Positions 1 to 9,483 of a DNA stretch of 64,000 nt are shown here, piece by piece (the stretch's first letter is position 1; each line of letters starts with the position of its first letter). Position numbers and translations under genes: made by a program. The notes below the pieces were generated by a model. It was not told the origin of the DNA, made no database searches, and worked only from the letters and a program-made list of their open reading frames with translations. Where the stretch lies: NCBI GenBank assembly GCA_024711205.1, contig JANJTH010000829.1:3309-67308 (forward strand). The letters run 5' to 3'. This stretch comes from Planctomycetota bacterium. GTDB taxonomy: Bacteria > Planctomycetota > J058.

Positions 1-213
1 GCGGCGCCCCGCCGACCGAGCGGAACGCCCGCACGGGGCTCGAGACGCCGCCCGGGAGCACGTCGAGCGCGCGCGCGAAGAGCGCCGAAGAAGCCGGCCG
101 CCCGGGCGACGCGGGCGGCGGGCCGGCGGGGGGCCGGGGCCCGCAGCCGCACACCTGCCCCGCGCCGGCCTGCTCGGCGCTCTTCTGCTGGGCGCTCACC
201 GGCTCCGACCCGC

Positions 214-1203
214 TCACGAGAGCCACCCCTGCGCGAGCGCCTCGCGCGCGTGGTAGGTGATCAGCCAGTCGGCGCCGGCGCGCCGCATGGCGAGCAGGTT
301 CTCGCGCACGACGCTCGACTCGTCGACCCAGCCCTGCGCGGCGGCGGCCTTCACCATGCTGTACTCGCCGCTCACGTTGTAGCAGGCGACCGGGAGCCGG
401 GTCGCCGCCCGCAGGCCGGCGATCACGTCGAGGTAGGCGAGCGCCGGCTTGACCATGAGCACGTCGGCGCCCTCGGCCTCGTCGAGCAGCGCGTCGCGCA
501 GCGCCTCGCGCCCGTTGCGCGGGTCCATCTGATACCCCTTCCGGTCGCCCTTCCCGGGCGCGCTCCCGGCCGCCTCGCGGAACGGCCCGTAGTAGCTCGA
601 CGCGAACTTCGCCGCGTAGCTCATGATCGAGACGGCGCTCAGCCCGGCCCCGTCGAGCGCGTCGCGCAGCGCGCCCACGCGCCCGTCCATCATGTCGGAC
701 GGCGCGACGACGTGCGCGCCCGCGCGCGCGTGCGCGAGCGCCATGGCCGCGAGCAGGGGCAGCGTCTCGTCGTTGAGCACCTCGCCCCGGTCGTCGAGCA
801 CGCCGCAGTGGCCGTGCGGCGTGTAGGCGCACAGGCACACGTCGGTCATGACGACCACGTCGTCGTCGTAGGCGCGCCGGAGCGCCGCCACGGCCTCGGC
901 GACGAGCGGCGGACCGCCGCCGGGGCCCGCCGCGGCCGTGCTCGCCCGCGCGTCCTTGGGCCCGTCGGGGACGCCGAACAGGAGCACCGACCGGACGCCC
1001 AGGTCGCGGTCGCGCCCGATCTGGCTCACGAGCAGGTCGATCGACTGCCGCTCGATCCCGGGCATGGACGGGATCTCCTGCCGCGCGCCCGCGCCGGGGA
1101 GCACGAAGTGCGGCTGGATCAACTGCGCCGGGTCGAGCCGGGTCTCGGCCGCGGCCGCGCGCAGGGCCGGGGTGCGCCGGAGCCGGCGGGGACGGAGCCG
1201 CAT
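214..1203 (-). CDS. hemB: Porphobilinogen synthase (delta-aminolevulinic acid dehydratase)
   Basis: The translation carries HemB hallmarks: 'GVRSVLLFGVP', 'MSYAAKFASSYYGPFR', 'YQMDP', 'VKPALAYLDVI', 'ACYNVSGEYSM'. I placed the start at the internal Met (MRLRPRR...) because the 36 upstream residues of the ORF are Gly/Arg-rich junk. Length (~330 aa) fits HemB. Confidence 0.9.
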   Translation of the reverse strand: MRLRPRRLRRTPALRAAAAETRLDPAQLIQPHFVLPGAGARQEIPSMPGIERQSIDLLVSQIGRDRDLGVRSVLLFGVPDGPKDARASTAAAGPGGGPPLVAEAVAALRRAYDDDVVVMTDVCLCAYTPHGHCGVLDDRGEVLNDETLPLLAAMALAHARAGAHVVAPSDMMDGRVGALRDALDGAGLSAVSIMSYAAKFASSYYGPFREAAGSAPGKGDRKGYQMDPRNGREALRDALLDEAEGADVLMVKPALAYLDVIAGLRAATRLPVACYNVSGEYSMVKAAAAQGWVDESSVVRENLLAMRRAGADWLITYHAREALAQGWLS

Positions 1204-1355
1204 GGGGGGACCTCCTGCCGCCCCGCGGGGCGCGCGCCGCCGGGACCTGCGCGCCGCGGCGCGCACGGTCCCTGCCGCCCCGTTATCGCCGCGTCGCGGG
1301 CCGCCGCCCACCCTGCCCGGGTCGCGCCCGCCTCGCGTGAGCCCGTCCGCGCTGC

Positions 1356-1799
1356 TTGACTGGGGCCATGGCCCGCGCGACCTGCACCGGCTGCGACGTC
1401 CGCCTCCCGCCCGACCAGGCGGTGGCCGGGGCCTGCCCGGCCTGCCTCGAGCCGCGCCCGACGGACCAGCTCGCGCTCGCGCTCGGAGCAGCGGGCCTCC
1501 TGGCCGGCCTCGCGGGCTGCGCCGCGTTCCTCGGCCTGGGCGACCTCGCGCTGCCCTGGCCTCCCTTCGCCGTCCTGTCCGCCGCCGCGGGCGGCGCCGC
1601 GCTGTGGCTCGCGCACCGGCGCCCGCCCGCCGGGTGGGCGCGCGGGCTCGGCTACCTTGCCCTCTCGGCGGCCTATCCGCCGCTCGTCGTGCTGTCCGTG
1701 GTCCTCGTCGGCCTGTTCGTGGGGTTCTACCTGTACGGGGACCACCTCCGCTGGCGTCGGCGCCGCTCGGGCTGGCCCTTCGGCGACGACGACGACTGA
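1356..1799 (+). CDS. Hypothetical membrane protein with an N-terminal CxxC...CxxC zinc-ribbon-like motif
   Basis: 147-aa ORF. N-terminus 'CTGCDV...CPAC', followed by two hydrophobic helices. No family recognised. Confidence 0.35.
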   Translation: MTGAMARATCTGCDVRLPPDQAVAGACPACLEPRPTDQLALALGAAGLLAGLAGCAAFLGLGDLALPWPPFAVLSAAAGGAALWLAHRRPPAGWARGLGYLALSAAYPPLVVLSVVLVGLFVGFYLYGDHLRWRRRRSGWPFGDDDD

Positions 1800-1914
1800 C
1801 GACGGGCGTCGCCGGCGACCTTCCCCCTTCCGGCTCGCCTGGATCCGGGCGACGTCGCCCCCGTCCGCGGCGGGCCGACCTCCTGGCGCGTCCGCCCTCC
1901 TGGCGCCGCGCGGA

Positions 1915-3258
1915 TCACGGCGAGGGCTCGGGGTCGGCCCCGCCCACGAACTCCTGCGCCAGGCGCCGCAGCTCCAGCCAGGACCAGCGGCTCCCCGCCG
2001 GGGCCTCCTCGGACGGCGCGTCTTCGCGGCTGGCGGGCGGCTCGACCGGGGCCGGCGGCTCGCGCGGGTCGGGCCCGCGCCGCCCTCGGTCCGGGCCCGG
2101 GGGGCCACGGCGCGATCGGTCAGCCGGGTCGGGCCCCCGCGCGTCGCGCGAGGGCAAGCGCGCGGTGGTCCCGTCGCGCAGGAGGTCGCCCACGGCCTCG
2201 ACGACGAGGAGGCTCCGCGGGAGCGCGCCGTGCGAGGCCGTGGAGTACCAAGTCGGCGCGCCGTCGAGCTCGGCGAACCCACGCGGGACCGTGCCGTCCC
2301 CGTCGGTGGACGTCGTCGTCGCGAGGGGGGCGTCGGGCTCGTCGCCCGGGTCGAGCGCGACGACCGTCGGCTGGCCGACGCCCACGACTTGCAGGAGGCT
2401 CCCGGCGACCCCGGGGCGGGCGGCGGCGAGCTCGGCCTGCTCCTCGCGGGCGCGCGCCAGGAGGTCGGGGCGAGGCGCGGGCCAGGCCGCGGACCAGGTG
2501 GACGGGTGGTCGAGGTCCGGCCCTCGCCACCGGTCGCGCCAGGGGAGGAGCAGGTGGGTGCTCGGGAACGAGCCGAACACGTCGCGCGCGAGCGCGCGCG
2601 CGTCGTGCCCCGGGTGGAGCGCGGCCAGCCGCGCCATGGCGGGGTGCGTGCCCTGGAGCACGGTCGCGACGGCGGGGGCGCCCCAGCTCGGCGTCCCCAG
2701 CGTCACGACGCGCCCGAGGCGTTCACGGACCGCGTCGGGCCCGAGCGCCAGGACCGCCTGGGCCACCAGCCCGCCCATGCTGTGCCCGACGACGTGGACC
2801 CGGCCGGGCGCGGCGAGCACGGCGCGCGCCAGCCCCTCGGCCGCGGCCCGGAGGCCGAGGCGCCAGTCCCATGGGTGCAGCGTGGCCTCGAAGCCGGCCA
2901 GGCGCAGGCGGAGCTTCAGGGGCAGGTAGGCGGGCAGGAGCACCCCGAGCGGCTCGACCCGCGGGTCGCCGTCGTCGAGCGAGAGCCACGCGAGGCGCCC
3001 GAGCGCAATGTCCACCAGGTCGAGCCAGATCACGTCGTCCCAGAGGGCGCCGCGCAGGCCCAGGGTCGAGCCCATGACGCCCGGCACGACGAGCACCTGC
3101 TCGCCCCCGGCGCCGGCCGTGTCGGCCGCCTGCGCCAGGTCGGAGAACGCGCGCACGGCCTCGTCGCCGCCCAGCAGGTCGGCCAGCGAGCCGGCGCCCG
3201 CCTCGCGGAGCCGGGCCTCGACGTCCGCGTCGCGCGGTCGCGCCCGCTCCGGGTCCAT
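1915..3258 (-). CDS. Alpha/beta-hydrolase, lipase/LCAT-PGAP1-like (GHSMGG nucleophile elbow)
   Basis: 'VHVVGHSMGGLVAQ' is a lipase G-x-S-x-G motif. 'LGTPSWGAP' resembles the LCAT/PGAP1-like fold. The C-terminal tail is Pro/Arg-rich. Confidence 0.6.
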   Translation of the reverse strand: MDPERARPRDADVEARLREAGAGSLADLLGGDEAVRAFSDLAQAADTAGAGGEQVLVVPGVMGSTLGLRGALWDDVIWLDLVDIALGRLAWLSLDDGDPRVEPLGVLLPAYLPLKLRLRLAGFEATLHPWDWRLGLRAAAEGLARAVLAAPGRVHVVGHSMGGLVAQAVLALGPDAVRERLGRVVTLGTPSWGAPAVATVLQGTHPAMARLAALHPGHDARALARDVFGSFPSTHLLLPWRDRWRGPDLDHPSTWSAAWPAPRPDLLARAREEQAELAAARPGVAGSLLQVVGVGQPTVVALDPGDEPDAPLATTTSTDGDGTVPRGFAELDGAPTWYSTASHGALPRSLLVVEAVGDLLRDGTTARLPSRDARGPDPADRSRRGPPGPDRGRRGPDPREPPAPVEPPASREDAPSEEAPAGSRWSWLELRRLAQEFVGGADPEPSP

Positions 3259-3337
3259 GCCGCCGCCTCCGGCGCTCGCCGCGCGCGGCGCGACGATACC
3301 TCCGATCGGCCTCTCCACGCCGGCCCTCGGGCGTCGG

Positions 3338-3805
3338 TCAGGCGCGCGGCCGACGCAGCGCCTCGAGCTCGTCCACGGTCCGCGGCCAGTCGGCCTTGAG
3401 GAGGCGCGAGAGCGCGCGGTCCGCGAGCAGGCGCCCGCCGGTCTGGCACGTGGCGCAGTAGTTCGCCTCGTTCTGCGCGTAGACGATCCGCTGCACGGGC
3501 GTCGCGCACACGGGGCAGGGCTGGCGGTGCCGGCCGTGGACCGCGAAGCCCTCGCGGAACGCCGTGACGCCGGTCGGCAGCCCGTCGGGCGGCGCGGCGG
3601 CCCGCAGGCGGTCCGTCCACTCGCCCAGCACCGCGCACGCGGCGGCGAACAGGCGCGCCGTCTCGTCGGGCGCGAGCTGGTGGGTCTGACGGAACGGCGA
3701 CAGGCGCGCGCGGTGGAGGATCTCGTCGGAGTAGGCGTTGCCGATCCCCGAGAGCGTGCGCGGGTCGGTCAGCGCGCGCTTGTGCGTCCGCCAGGGAACC
3801 TCTAC
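3338..3805 (-). pseudogene. Truncated Fpg/Nei C-terminal fragment (H2TH and zinc finger only; catalytic N-terminal domain missing)
   Basis: 'LSGIGNAYSDEILHRARLSPF...' and the zinc finger 'CPVCATPVQRIVYAQNEANYCATCQTGG' align with the C-terminal half of the intact Fpg at 41047..41973 (~65% identity). Homology stops near nt 3805. The upstream part of the ORF (to 4066) is unrelated to Fpg. Confidence 0.6.
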
Positions 3806-3860
3806 CCCGTAGGGGTTCCCGGGCACGCGCTTCAGCGTGTGCCAGGGCACCCCTACCCGG
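3785..3860. repeat. Cluster of ~13-bp 'GGTAGGGGTGCCC'-like units in direct and inverted orientation at the fpg truncation breakpoint
   Basis: Minus strand reads CCGGGTAGGGGTGCCCTGGCACACGCTGAAGCGCGTGCCCGGGAACCCCTACGGGGTAGAGGTTCCCTGGCGG. Pattern is direct unit, inverted unit, direct unit. It sits exactly where Fpg homology ends. Confidence 0.45.
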
Positions 3861-4068
3861 GGTCCTCCACTTCTCGCGAGAGGACGTCGAGGAAGCTGCA
3901 CGGCGGCGCGGTCTCCGTCCGGCGTCCTAGCGTGGCCGATCTGCGGGCTTCGGAGAGCGGAGAGCTCGAGGACGGCGACGACCGGGCGCCCGTTCCGTCG
4001 GCCTCCACCAGGAGCATTGCTCGGCCGTGGGCACACGGGACGGACGGTGGGGAGTAGAGTCTCCAACC

Positions 4069-4539
4069 ATGGCGAGGGTCAGGCGGGACTCGGTTCTGAA
4101 GCGGGTGGGGTTGATCCTCGCCCTCCTTTGCCCGCTCGCCTGGCTCTACACCGGATGGCATCTGGCGGTCGAGTCGCACCACGATCACGAGGTCGAGGCT
4201 CACCGCCACGACCGCAGCCACGAGGACGATCACCACTCGGGTCGCGATCACGCCCACCAAGGTCACGACGACGACGACCGTCGCCCCGAAACGGACCACC
4301 ACCCCGACGAGGCGCCCCGCGAAGATCAGGGGCATCACCACGACGACCACCTGATCCCGGACTCGCTGCGACCCGAGCAGGGGCAGCCGTTCGCGATCGA
4401 CCTCACCGCGTCGGACGTAGTCCTCGTCGACTGGCACCCGGACGCCGCAGCTCCAGCGGCCGCTCCGTTCGACGACATCCCATCCGCGACCGACCCGCCG
4501 CTCGGATCGCTCCGGCCTCGCGCTCCTCCCGTCGGCTGA
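4069..4539 (+). CDS. His/Asp-rich small membrane-anchored protein, putative metal-binding
   Basis: One TM helix after 'MARVRRDSVLKRVGLILALLCPLAWLY', then 'HHDHEVEAHRHDRSHEDDHHSGRDHAHQGHDDDD...HHHDDH'. Lies immediately upstream of czcB. Confidence 0.45.
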   Translation: MARVRRDSVLKRVGLILALLCPLAWLYTGWHLAVESHHDHEVEAHRHDRSHEDDHHSGRDHAHQGHDDDDRRPETDHHPDEAPREDQGHHHDDHLIPDSLRPEQGQPFAIDLTASDVVLVDWHPDAAAPAAAPFDDIPSATDPPLGSLRPRAPPVG

Positions 4540-4621
4540 TCGCCCGTCCGCCTCGGACGCGGAGCGGCGCCGTCGCTTCGCCCGCGGACGGATCCCACGA
4601 TCCGCCACCACGGGAGATCCC

Positions 4622-6289
4622 ATGTCTGCCCTTCTGTACCCGCGCCGCCAGGGCCTGGCCGCGCTCCTTGCCGTCATCGTTCCTCTCACAGGTTGCCCCG
4701 CTTCCGACCACGGCCACTCTCATGGCCACGAGGAGGAGGAGCCGCGCACGGACGCCACGACCGTGCATAGCGGCCGCCATCAACTCTTCATCGAGCACCG
4801 GTTGCTCGTGGCCGGCACCGGCACGAAGTTCGTTACGCACGTCACCGACGACGTCACCGGTGAGCCGCGGCGCGAGGGGTCGATCACCTACGTCCTGCGC
4901 CTTGGCGACGGCGCGCCGACCGAGGTCACGGCCGAGAACCCGGACCGCGCTGGCATCTACGAGGTCATGCTCACGTTCCCGTCGACGGGCACCTGGCGCG
5001 TCAGCGTGAAGATCCCCTGGGCCGACGGCACTAACGAGGTCCCGCTCCCCGACCGGACGGTCTTCGCCACGGCCGAGGATGCGGCCAGGTCGCCCGAGGG
5101 CGAGGAGGTGAGTGGAATCTCCTTCCTCAAGGAGCAGGGCTGGAAGGTGCCGGTGATCGTCGAGCGCGCGAAGCGTCGTCCGCTCGTCGAACGCGTGCGT
5201 CTGCCCGGCGCGGTCGAGGCGCTGCCGTCCCGGCAGGCCTTCGTGACCCCGCCCGTGGCGGGCACGCTTCAGCCCCCGCTCGACGGCGCGATCCCGAAGC
5301 CGGGTGATCACGTCGACGCGGGTCAGGTCGTGGCGCTGCTGGTGCCGCCGTTGGCAGGGCCGGACTTGCTGGCCTTCCTCTCGGGCCGGCAACAGCTCGA
5401 GGCGCTGCGCGTCCAGCTCGCAACGCAGGAGGCCGAGGCCCGCGCTCGCGCAGAGCGTGGCACGGCGGTGCTGGAGCAGGCGCGGCGCGCCCACGCGCGC
5501 GTACGCGACCTGGCCGCGGAGAACGCGCGGTCGGCCCGAGAGCTCGAGGAGGCGGAGTCGGCCGAGCGCGTCGCCGCCGCGGAACAGGCGGCCGCGACGC
5601 GGCTGGCCGAGCTGCTGGCAGAGACCCGCGCGAACCTCGCGGGAGCCGGCGGCGACGCCGACCTCTCGAAGGGGCTGCCAGCGGTGCTGCTGCGCGCGCC
5701 AATCACAGGCTTCGTGTCGAGCGTCAATGCCTCGCGTGGCGAGCACGTGACGCCTGAGCGCGCGCTGCTCAGGATCGTCGACACCTCGGTCGTCGTGGTC
5801 GAGGCGCGCTTGCCCGAGGCGTCGGTCCGGCGCCTCGGCAAGGGCCGCAGCGCGTTCGCAGAGGCGCTCGACGCACAGGGCGAGCTGGCGCCGCTCACGG
5901 GAGAGGGCGTCGGCCGCTTCCTCTACGTCGGCCACGAGGTCGACGAGAGCACGCGCACCGTGCCGCTCGTGTGGGAGGTCCAGAACTTGAAGGGCACGCT
6001 CCGGCCGGGCCAGACGCTCGACATCCACGTCGAGACGAGCCGGACGGAGTCGGCGGTGGTGGTCCCGTCGTCGGCCTTGGTTGCCGAGGACGCCCGCTGG
6101 GTCGTGTTCGTCGAGGCGGCCGGCGAAACCTATCAGCGCCGCGACGTGACGCTCGGGATCCGCAGCGGCGACTGGGTCGAGGTCCGCTCGGGCGTGGCAG
6201 AGGGCGAATGGGTGGTGACCCACGGCGGACTCGCGATCCGCCTCGCCTCCGTGTCGAGCGTCATCCCCGCGCACGGGCACGCGCACTAG
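4622..6289 (+). CDS. czcB: HME-RND membrane fusion protein (CzcB/CusB family), lipoprotein with His-rich termini
   Basis: Lipobox 'LTGC'. 'SDHGHSHGHEEEE' at the N-terminus, 'PAHGHAH' at the C-terminus. Coiled-coil and beta-barrel MFP core. GGGAG ribosome-binding site. Stop is 3 nt before czcA. Confidence 0.9.
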   Translation: MSALLYPRRQGLAALLAVIVPLTGCPASDHGHSHGHEEEEPRTDATTVHSGRHQLFIEHRLLVAGTGTKFVTHVTDDVTGEPRREGSITYVLRLGDGAPTEVTAENPDRAGIYEVMLTFPSTGTWRVSVKIPWADGTNEVPLPDRTVFATAEDAARSPEGEEVSGISFLKEQGWKVPVIVERAKRRPLVERVRLPGAVEALPSRQAFVTPPVAGTLQPPLDGAIPKPGDHVDAGQVVALLVPPLAGPDLLAFLSGRQQLEALRVQLATQEAEARARAERGTAVLEQARRAHARVRDLAAENARSARELEEAESAERVAAAEQAAATRLAELLAETRANLAGAGGDADLSKGLPAVLLRAPITGFVSSVNASRGEHVTPERALLRIVDTSVVVVEARLPEASVRRLGKGRSAFAEALDAQGELAPLTGEGVGRFLYVGHEVDESTRTVPLVWEVQNLKGTLRPGQTLDIHVETSRTESAVVVPSSALVAEDARWVVFVEAAGETYQRRDVTLGIRSGDWVEVRSGVAEGEWVVTHGGLAIRLASVSSVIPAHGHAH

Positions 6290-6291
6290 CC

Positions 6292-9200
6292 ATGATCGAC
6301 GCGCTGATCCGCTTCGCGCTCCGCCAGCGCGCGGCGGTGCTCCTGCTCGCCGGCTTGCTCACGGCCGTCGGGGCCTACGTGGCCCGCGGCATGCCCGTGG
6401 ACGTCTTCCCCGACCTGACCGCGCCCACGGTCACCGTGATCACCGAGGCGCATGGCATGGCCCCGACCGAGGTCGAGGCCCAGGTCACGTTCCCCGTCGA
6501 GAGCGCGCTGAACGGCGCGGCCGGCGTGCGGCGAGTCCGTTCCGCGACCGCAGTCGGCATCTCCGTCGTGTGGGTCGAGTTCGACTGGGGCGTCGACATC
6601 ACGGTCGCGCGCCAGATCGTGAACGAGAAGCTGGCCCTCGCGGCCGCGACCTTGCCTCCCGAGGTGCGACCGACGCTCGCGCCCACCTCGTCGATCATGG
6701 GCGAGATCCTGTTCCTGGCGATCACGTCGGACCGCCACGGCCCCGCGGAGCTCCGGAGCACCGCGGAGACCGTGATCCGCCGGCGTCTCCTCGCGGTCCC
6801 AGGCGTTTCGCAGGTCACGCCGATCGGCGGCGAGGTCAAGGAGTATCACGTCACGCTCGCGCCCGCGCGCCTGCAGGCGCTGCGCGTCTCGCTCGGCGAC
6901 GTCGCCGACGCCCTCCGCGAGTCGAACGAGAACGTCTCCGCCGGCTTCCTCTCCGAGGGCGGATCGGAGCTGCTGATCACGGGCATCGGCCGCTTCCAGT
7001 CGGTCGAGGACATCGCCGCAACGGTCGTGACGACTCGCGACGGGATCCCAGTGCGCGTGGGTGACGTGGCCTACGTTGGAACCGGGGCCGCCCCCAAGCG
7101 CGGCGAGGGCTCAGCGAACGCCGAGAAGGCCGTGATCCTCGGCGTCCAGAAGCAGCCCGGCGCCAACACGCTGCTGCTCACGAACGCGCTCGACGAGGTC
7201 CTCGACGATGTCGCGGCACGCCTGCCGCAGGGCATGAGGATCGACCGGGAGGTGTTCCGGCAGGCGAACTTCATCGCCACGGCCGTCCACAACGTCGAGA
7301 TCGCCCTGCGCGACGGCGCGATCCTCGTCGTGCTCGTCGTGCTGCTGTTCCTCGGGAACGTCCGCGCCACGCTCGTGACGCTGACCGCGATCCCGCTCTC
7401 GCTGGTGGCCGCGATCCTCGTGCTGAGCGCGCTCGGGGCCACGATCAACACGATGACCCTCGGCGGCATGGCGATCGCGGTCGGGGCGCTGGTCGACGAC
7501 GCGATCATCGACGTCGAGAACGTCTTCCGACGACTCCGAGAGAACGGCGCGCGCCCGTCCGGCGAGCGCCGCTCGGCCTTCGACATCGTGCTCTCGGCGA
7601 GCGTCGAGATCCGCGGGTCGATCGTCTTCGCCACGCTGATCATCGTCTTGGTCTTCCTGCCCGTGTTCTTCCTCCCGGGCGTCGAGGGCCGGCTCCTCCG
7701 GCCGCTCGGCACGGCCTACGTCGTGTCGCTCGGGGCGTCACTGCTGGTCGCGATCACGGTCACGCCGCCCCTGTGCCTCCTGCTCCTGCCCCGGAGCAAG
7801 GCCGTCCAGGACGGCCGCGAGCCGCGCGTCGTGACCTGGACGCACAAGGCCTACGAGCCCGTGCTCAGGCGCGTGATCGACCGGCCGATGCTCGTGGCAG
7901 TCCCGGCTCTGCTGGCGTTCGTCGTGGCCGTGATCGGCGTCTCGCGGCAAGGCCGGGCCTTCCTGCCCGAGTTCAACGAGGGCGCGCTCACGATCAGCGC
8001 CGTCACGCTCCCGGGCACGTCACTCCGCGAGTCGGACGCACTCGGCCGCATCGTAGAGCGCGTGCTCCTCTCGCAGCCCGAGGTGACGTCGGTCGCGCGG
8101 CGCACCGGCCGCGCGGAGCTCGACGAGCACGCGCAGGGCGTCGAGGCCGCCGAGCTCGACGTGTCGTTCACGCTGAAGGAGCGCACGAAGGAGGAGTTCC
8201 TCGACGCGCTCCGCACGGGCTTCTCGACCGTGCCCGGCATGAACGTCACGATCGGCCAGCCGATCTCGCACCGCGTCGACCACATGCTCTCGGGCACGCG
8301 CGCGAACGTCGCCGTGAAGATTTTCGGCGACGACCTGTACCGCTTGCGCGACCTCGCCGAGCAGGCGCGCGCCGCGATGGCTGGCGTGGGCGGCGTGGTC
8401 GACCTGTCGGTCGAGCAACAGGCCGACGTCCCGACGTTGCTCGTCCGCATGGACCGGCCCGCAATGGCCCGGCGTGGCCTGCGCGTCGAAGACGTGGGCC
8501 ACGCGCTGGAGGCCTCGCTCCAGGGGCTGCCGGTGACGCGCGTGCTCGAAGGACGAGCCAGCTACGACGTCGTCGTGCGCGTCGGCGCGCTGGACGGCTC
8601 TGCATGGCGTAGCGACACGCTCGGCGACCTGTCGCTCGACGCGTCCGACGGCGCGAAGGTCCCGCTACGCTCGGTGGCGCTGCTCGCCCCGAGCACCGGG
8701 CCGAACCTCGTCAGCCGCGAGAACGTCGAGCGCAAGATCGTCGTCATGTGCAACGTCAGCGGCCGCGACGTGGCCTCGGTCGTGAACGACGTGCGGAAGC
8801 TCGTCGACCCGATCATCGGCGGCGCGAAGGGCTACCGCGTCGAGTACGGCGGTCAGTTCGAGGCCGCCGAGGCCGCGAACCGCATGCTCACGCTCCTCAG
8901 TCTCGGCGTGGTCCTCGGGATCGGCCTGATCCTGCACCTGGCCTTCGGCTCGGTGCGCGACGCGCTGCTCGTCATGCTGAACCTGCCGTTGGCGTTGATC
9001 GGCGGTGTGCTCGCCGTGGCGCTGACGGGCGGCGTGCTCTCGGTCGCCTCGCTGATCGGGTTCATCACCGTGTTCGGGATCGCCGCGCGCAACGGGATCA
9101 TGCTCGTGACGCACGTGCGCCATCTGCAGCTCGAGGAGGGCGTGACCTCGCTGCGCGAGGCCGTCCTCCGCGGGTCGACCGAGCGCGTGGCGCCCATCCT

Positions 9201-9483
9201 CATGACCGCGCTCGCCGCGGGTCTCGCCCTGATCCCGCTGGCGCTCGCCAGTGACGAGCCGGGCAACGAGATCCAGAGCCCCATGGCGGTCGTGATCCTG
9301 GGCGGGCTCATCAGCTCGACCTTGCTCAACATGATCGTGGTGCCTGCGGTCTACCTGCGCTTCGGTAGCCCGGCAGTCCGCGACGACGCGCCCGAGCCGG
9401 ACGAGTCGCCGGAAACGCCAGCTGCGCATCCGAGTGAACCGACATCCGAGCCCACGACCGAGCCGACCGGAGGTGCCGCGTGA
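6292..9483 (+). CDS. czcA: Heavy-metal efflux RND transporter (CzcA/HME family)
   Basis: Starts 'MIDALIRFALRQRAAVLLLAGLL', the canonical HME-RND start. 1063 aa with 12 TM segments and large periplasmic loops. C-terminus is Pro/Glu/Thr-rich. Confidence 0.95.
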   Translation: MIDALIRFALRQRAAVLLLAGLLTAVGAYVARGMPVDVFPDLTAPTVTVITEAHGMAPTEVEAQVTFPVESALNGAAGVRRVRSATAVGISVVWVEFDWGVDITVARQIVNEKLALAAATLPPEVRPTLAPTSSIMGEILFLAITSDRHGPAELRSTAETVIRRRLLAVPGVSQVTPIGGEVKEYHVTLAPARLQALRVSLGDVADALRESNENVSAGFLSEGGSELLITGIGRFQSVEDIAATVVTTRDGIPVRVGDVAYVGTGAAPKRGEGSANAEKAVILGVQKQPGANTLLLTNALDEVLDDVAARLPQGMRIDREVFRQANFIATAVHNVEIALRDGAILVVLVVLLFLGNVRATLVTLTAIPLSLVAAILVLSALGATINTMTLGGMAIAVGALVDDAIIDVENVFRRLRENGARPSGERRSAFDIVLSASVEIRGSIVFATLIIVLVFLPVFFLPGVEGRLLRPLGTAYVVSLGASLLVAITVTPPLCLLLLPRSKAVQDGREPRVVTWTHKAYEPVLRRVIDRPMLVAVPALLAFVVAVIGVSRQGRAFLPEFNEGALTISAVTLPGTSLRESDALGRIVERVLLSQPEVTSVARRTGRAELDEHAQGVEAAELDVSFTLKERTKEEFLDALRTGFSTVPGMNVTIGQPISHRVDHMLSGTRANVAVKIFGDDLYRLRDLAEQARAAMAGVGGVVDLSVEQQADVPTLLVRMDRPAMARRGLRVEDVGHALEASLQGLPVTRVLEGRASYDVVVRVGALDGSAWRSDTLGDLSLDASDGAKVPLRSVALLAPSTGPNLVSRENVERKIVVMCNVSGRDVASVVNDVRKLVDPIIGGAKGYRVEYGGQFEAAEAANRMLTLLSLGVVLGIGLILHLAFGSVRDALLVMLNLPLALIGGVLAVALTGGVLSVASLIGFITVFGIAARNGIMLVTHVRHLQLEEGVTSLREAVLRGSTERVAPILMTALAAGLALIPLALASDEPGNEIQSPMAVVILGGLISSTLLNMIVVPAVYLRFGSPAVRDDAPEPDESPETPAAHPSEPTSEPTTEPTGGAA

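Noticed and set aside
938-2929. 663-aa plus-strand ORF (and the 387-aa minus ORF at 1119..2282) overlapping hemB and the hydrolase
   Set aside because: Arg/Pro/Gly/Ser-rich low-complexity translation. Antisense or out of frame relative to genes that have clear family motifs. Typical high-GC artefact.
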